A DNA stretch of 64,000 nt from Octopus sinensis. Its lineage: Eukaryota. The translations under genes and the position numbers were made by a program. The stretch is taken from assembly GCF_006345805.1 (NCBI RefSeq), contig NC_043004.1:47988001-48052000 (forward strand), in the 5' to 3' direction. Shown here one piece after another: positions 63,421 through 64,000 of this stretch; the first letter of the stretch is position 1; each line of letters begins with the position of its first letter. Below the pieces are notes generated by a model. It was not told the DNA's origin. It worked only from the letters and a program-made list of their open reading frames with translations, and made no database searches.

Positions 63421-63579
63421 GAATAAATGGAGTTGATTCTTACCATAAAAGGGGTTGATTCTTACCAAATATATAGTCCAGCTATGATGTTATTGTTATA
63501 TCTGCCCAGGTCCTTTTGTTTTTGTTTGTTTGTTCTTTTCTTTTTCTGTTGTTTTTTTTTTTTTTTGTTGTCTCGAGGT

Positions 63580-64000
63580 CAACGGCGATTAGCTGCTGGT
63601 GACGGATACAGGCATAGATGATGCTGGAAATGTAAGCCTGAAGCTTGCACGGTGGTGGCATGAGTAAAATAGTTGCTGACCTCTGACATCTGGGGACATC
63701 AGACATCTTCAGTCCTGCACAGGTATCTAGGTAGCTTTATTTAGGGAAAGATGCTGCCTACTTCAATTCGAGGAATTATCTAGGAAAGGTATGCCAGATC
63801 AGAACAACCAGAATCGTTCTATATCAGATTGCCCCAATGTGTCCTCGATCTCGCATGTCAGGGCTTGCATCTTTTGTCGTCTTCTTGTTGGGTTGGTCAA
63901 GGGGTTCGGATGCCGGGTAACCGCCTCCCAAAGATGGTCCACTTCAGTGAGATCGAGACTAAAGGTAGGTATAATGGACACCCAGCATTTCGTTTTCACG
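63580..64000 (-). mobile_element. Possible degenerate LINE (I/Ingi-like) 3' region
   Basis: GC-richer, codon-like sequence with weak resemblance to post-RT and C-terminal Cys regions; no decisive motif. Confidence 0.3.

Overview
AT-rich, microsatellite-dense animal genomic DNA, most likely octopus (inferred from the SINE families and repeat landscape; no database check). No intact host gene, rRNA, true tRNA or CRISPR array is recognisable. Most ORFs in the supplied track are microsatellite artefacts. The window is a mosaic of three tRNA-headed SINE families (here A, B, C), decayed LINEs (RTE/BovB-like, R4/Dong-like REL-type, Penelope-like), DNA-transposon remnants and MITEs (Tc1, mariner, Chapaev3-like) and a Gypsy protease fragment. 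The main result is a set of hammerhead-ribozyme (HHR) bearing repeats from four apparently unrelated families. (1) A tandem trimer of a ~432-bp non-coding unit at 50721-52015 in (TA)n, each unit carrying a type-I HHR (non-LTR-retrozyme-like). (2) A 958-bp head-to-head insertion of a ~359-bp unit at 27213-28170 with a 12-bp TSD and a HHR carrying a compensatory U3-A8 core. (3) A ~450-bp palindrome with a HHR at 33.0-33.4 kb. (4) A decayed HHR at 1.6 kb. All four have a palindromic helix III. An RT-less Penelope deletion derivative, a bipartite non-autonomous RTE with a possible decayed HDV-like ribozyme, and SINE tail swapping are also visible. All folds were read by eye and none has been tested; boundaries of decayed elements are approximate.
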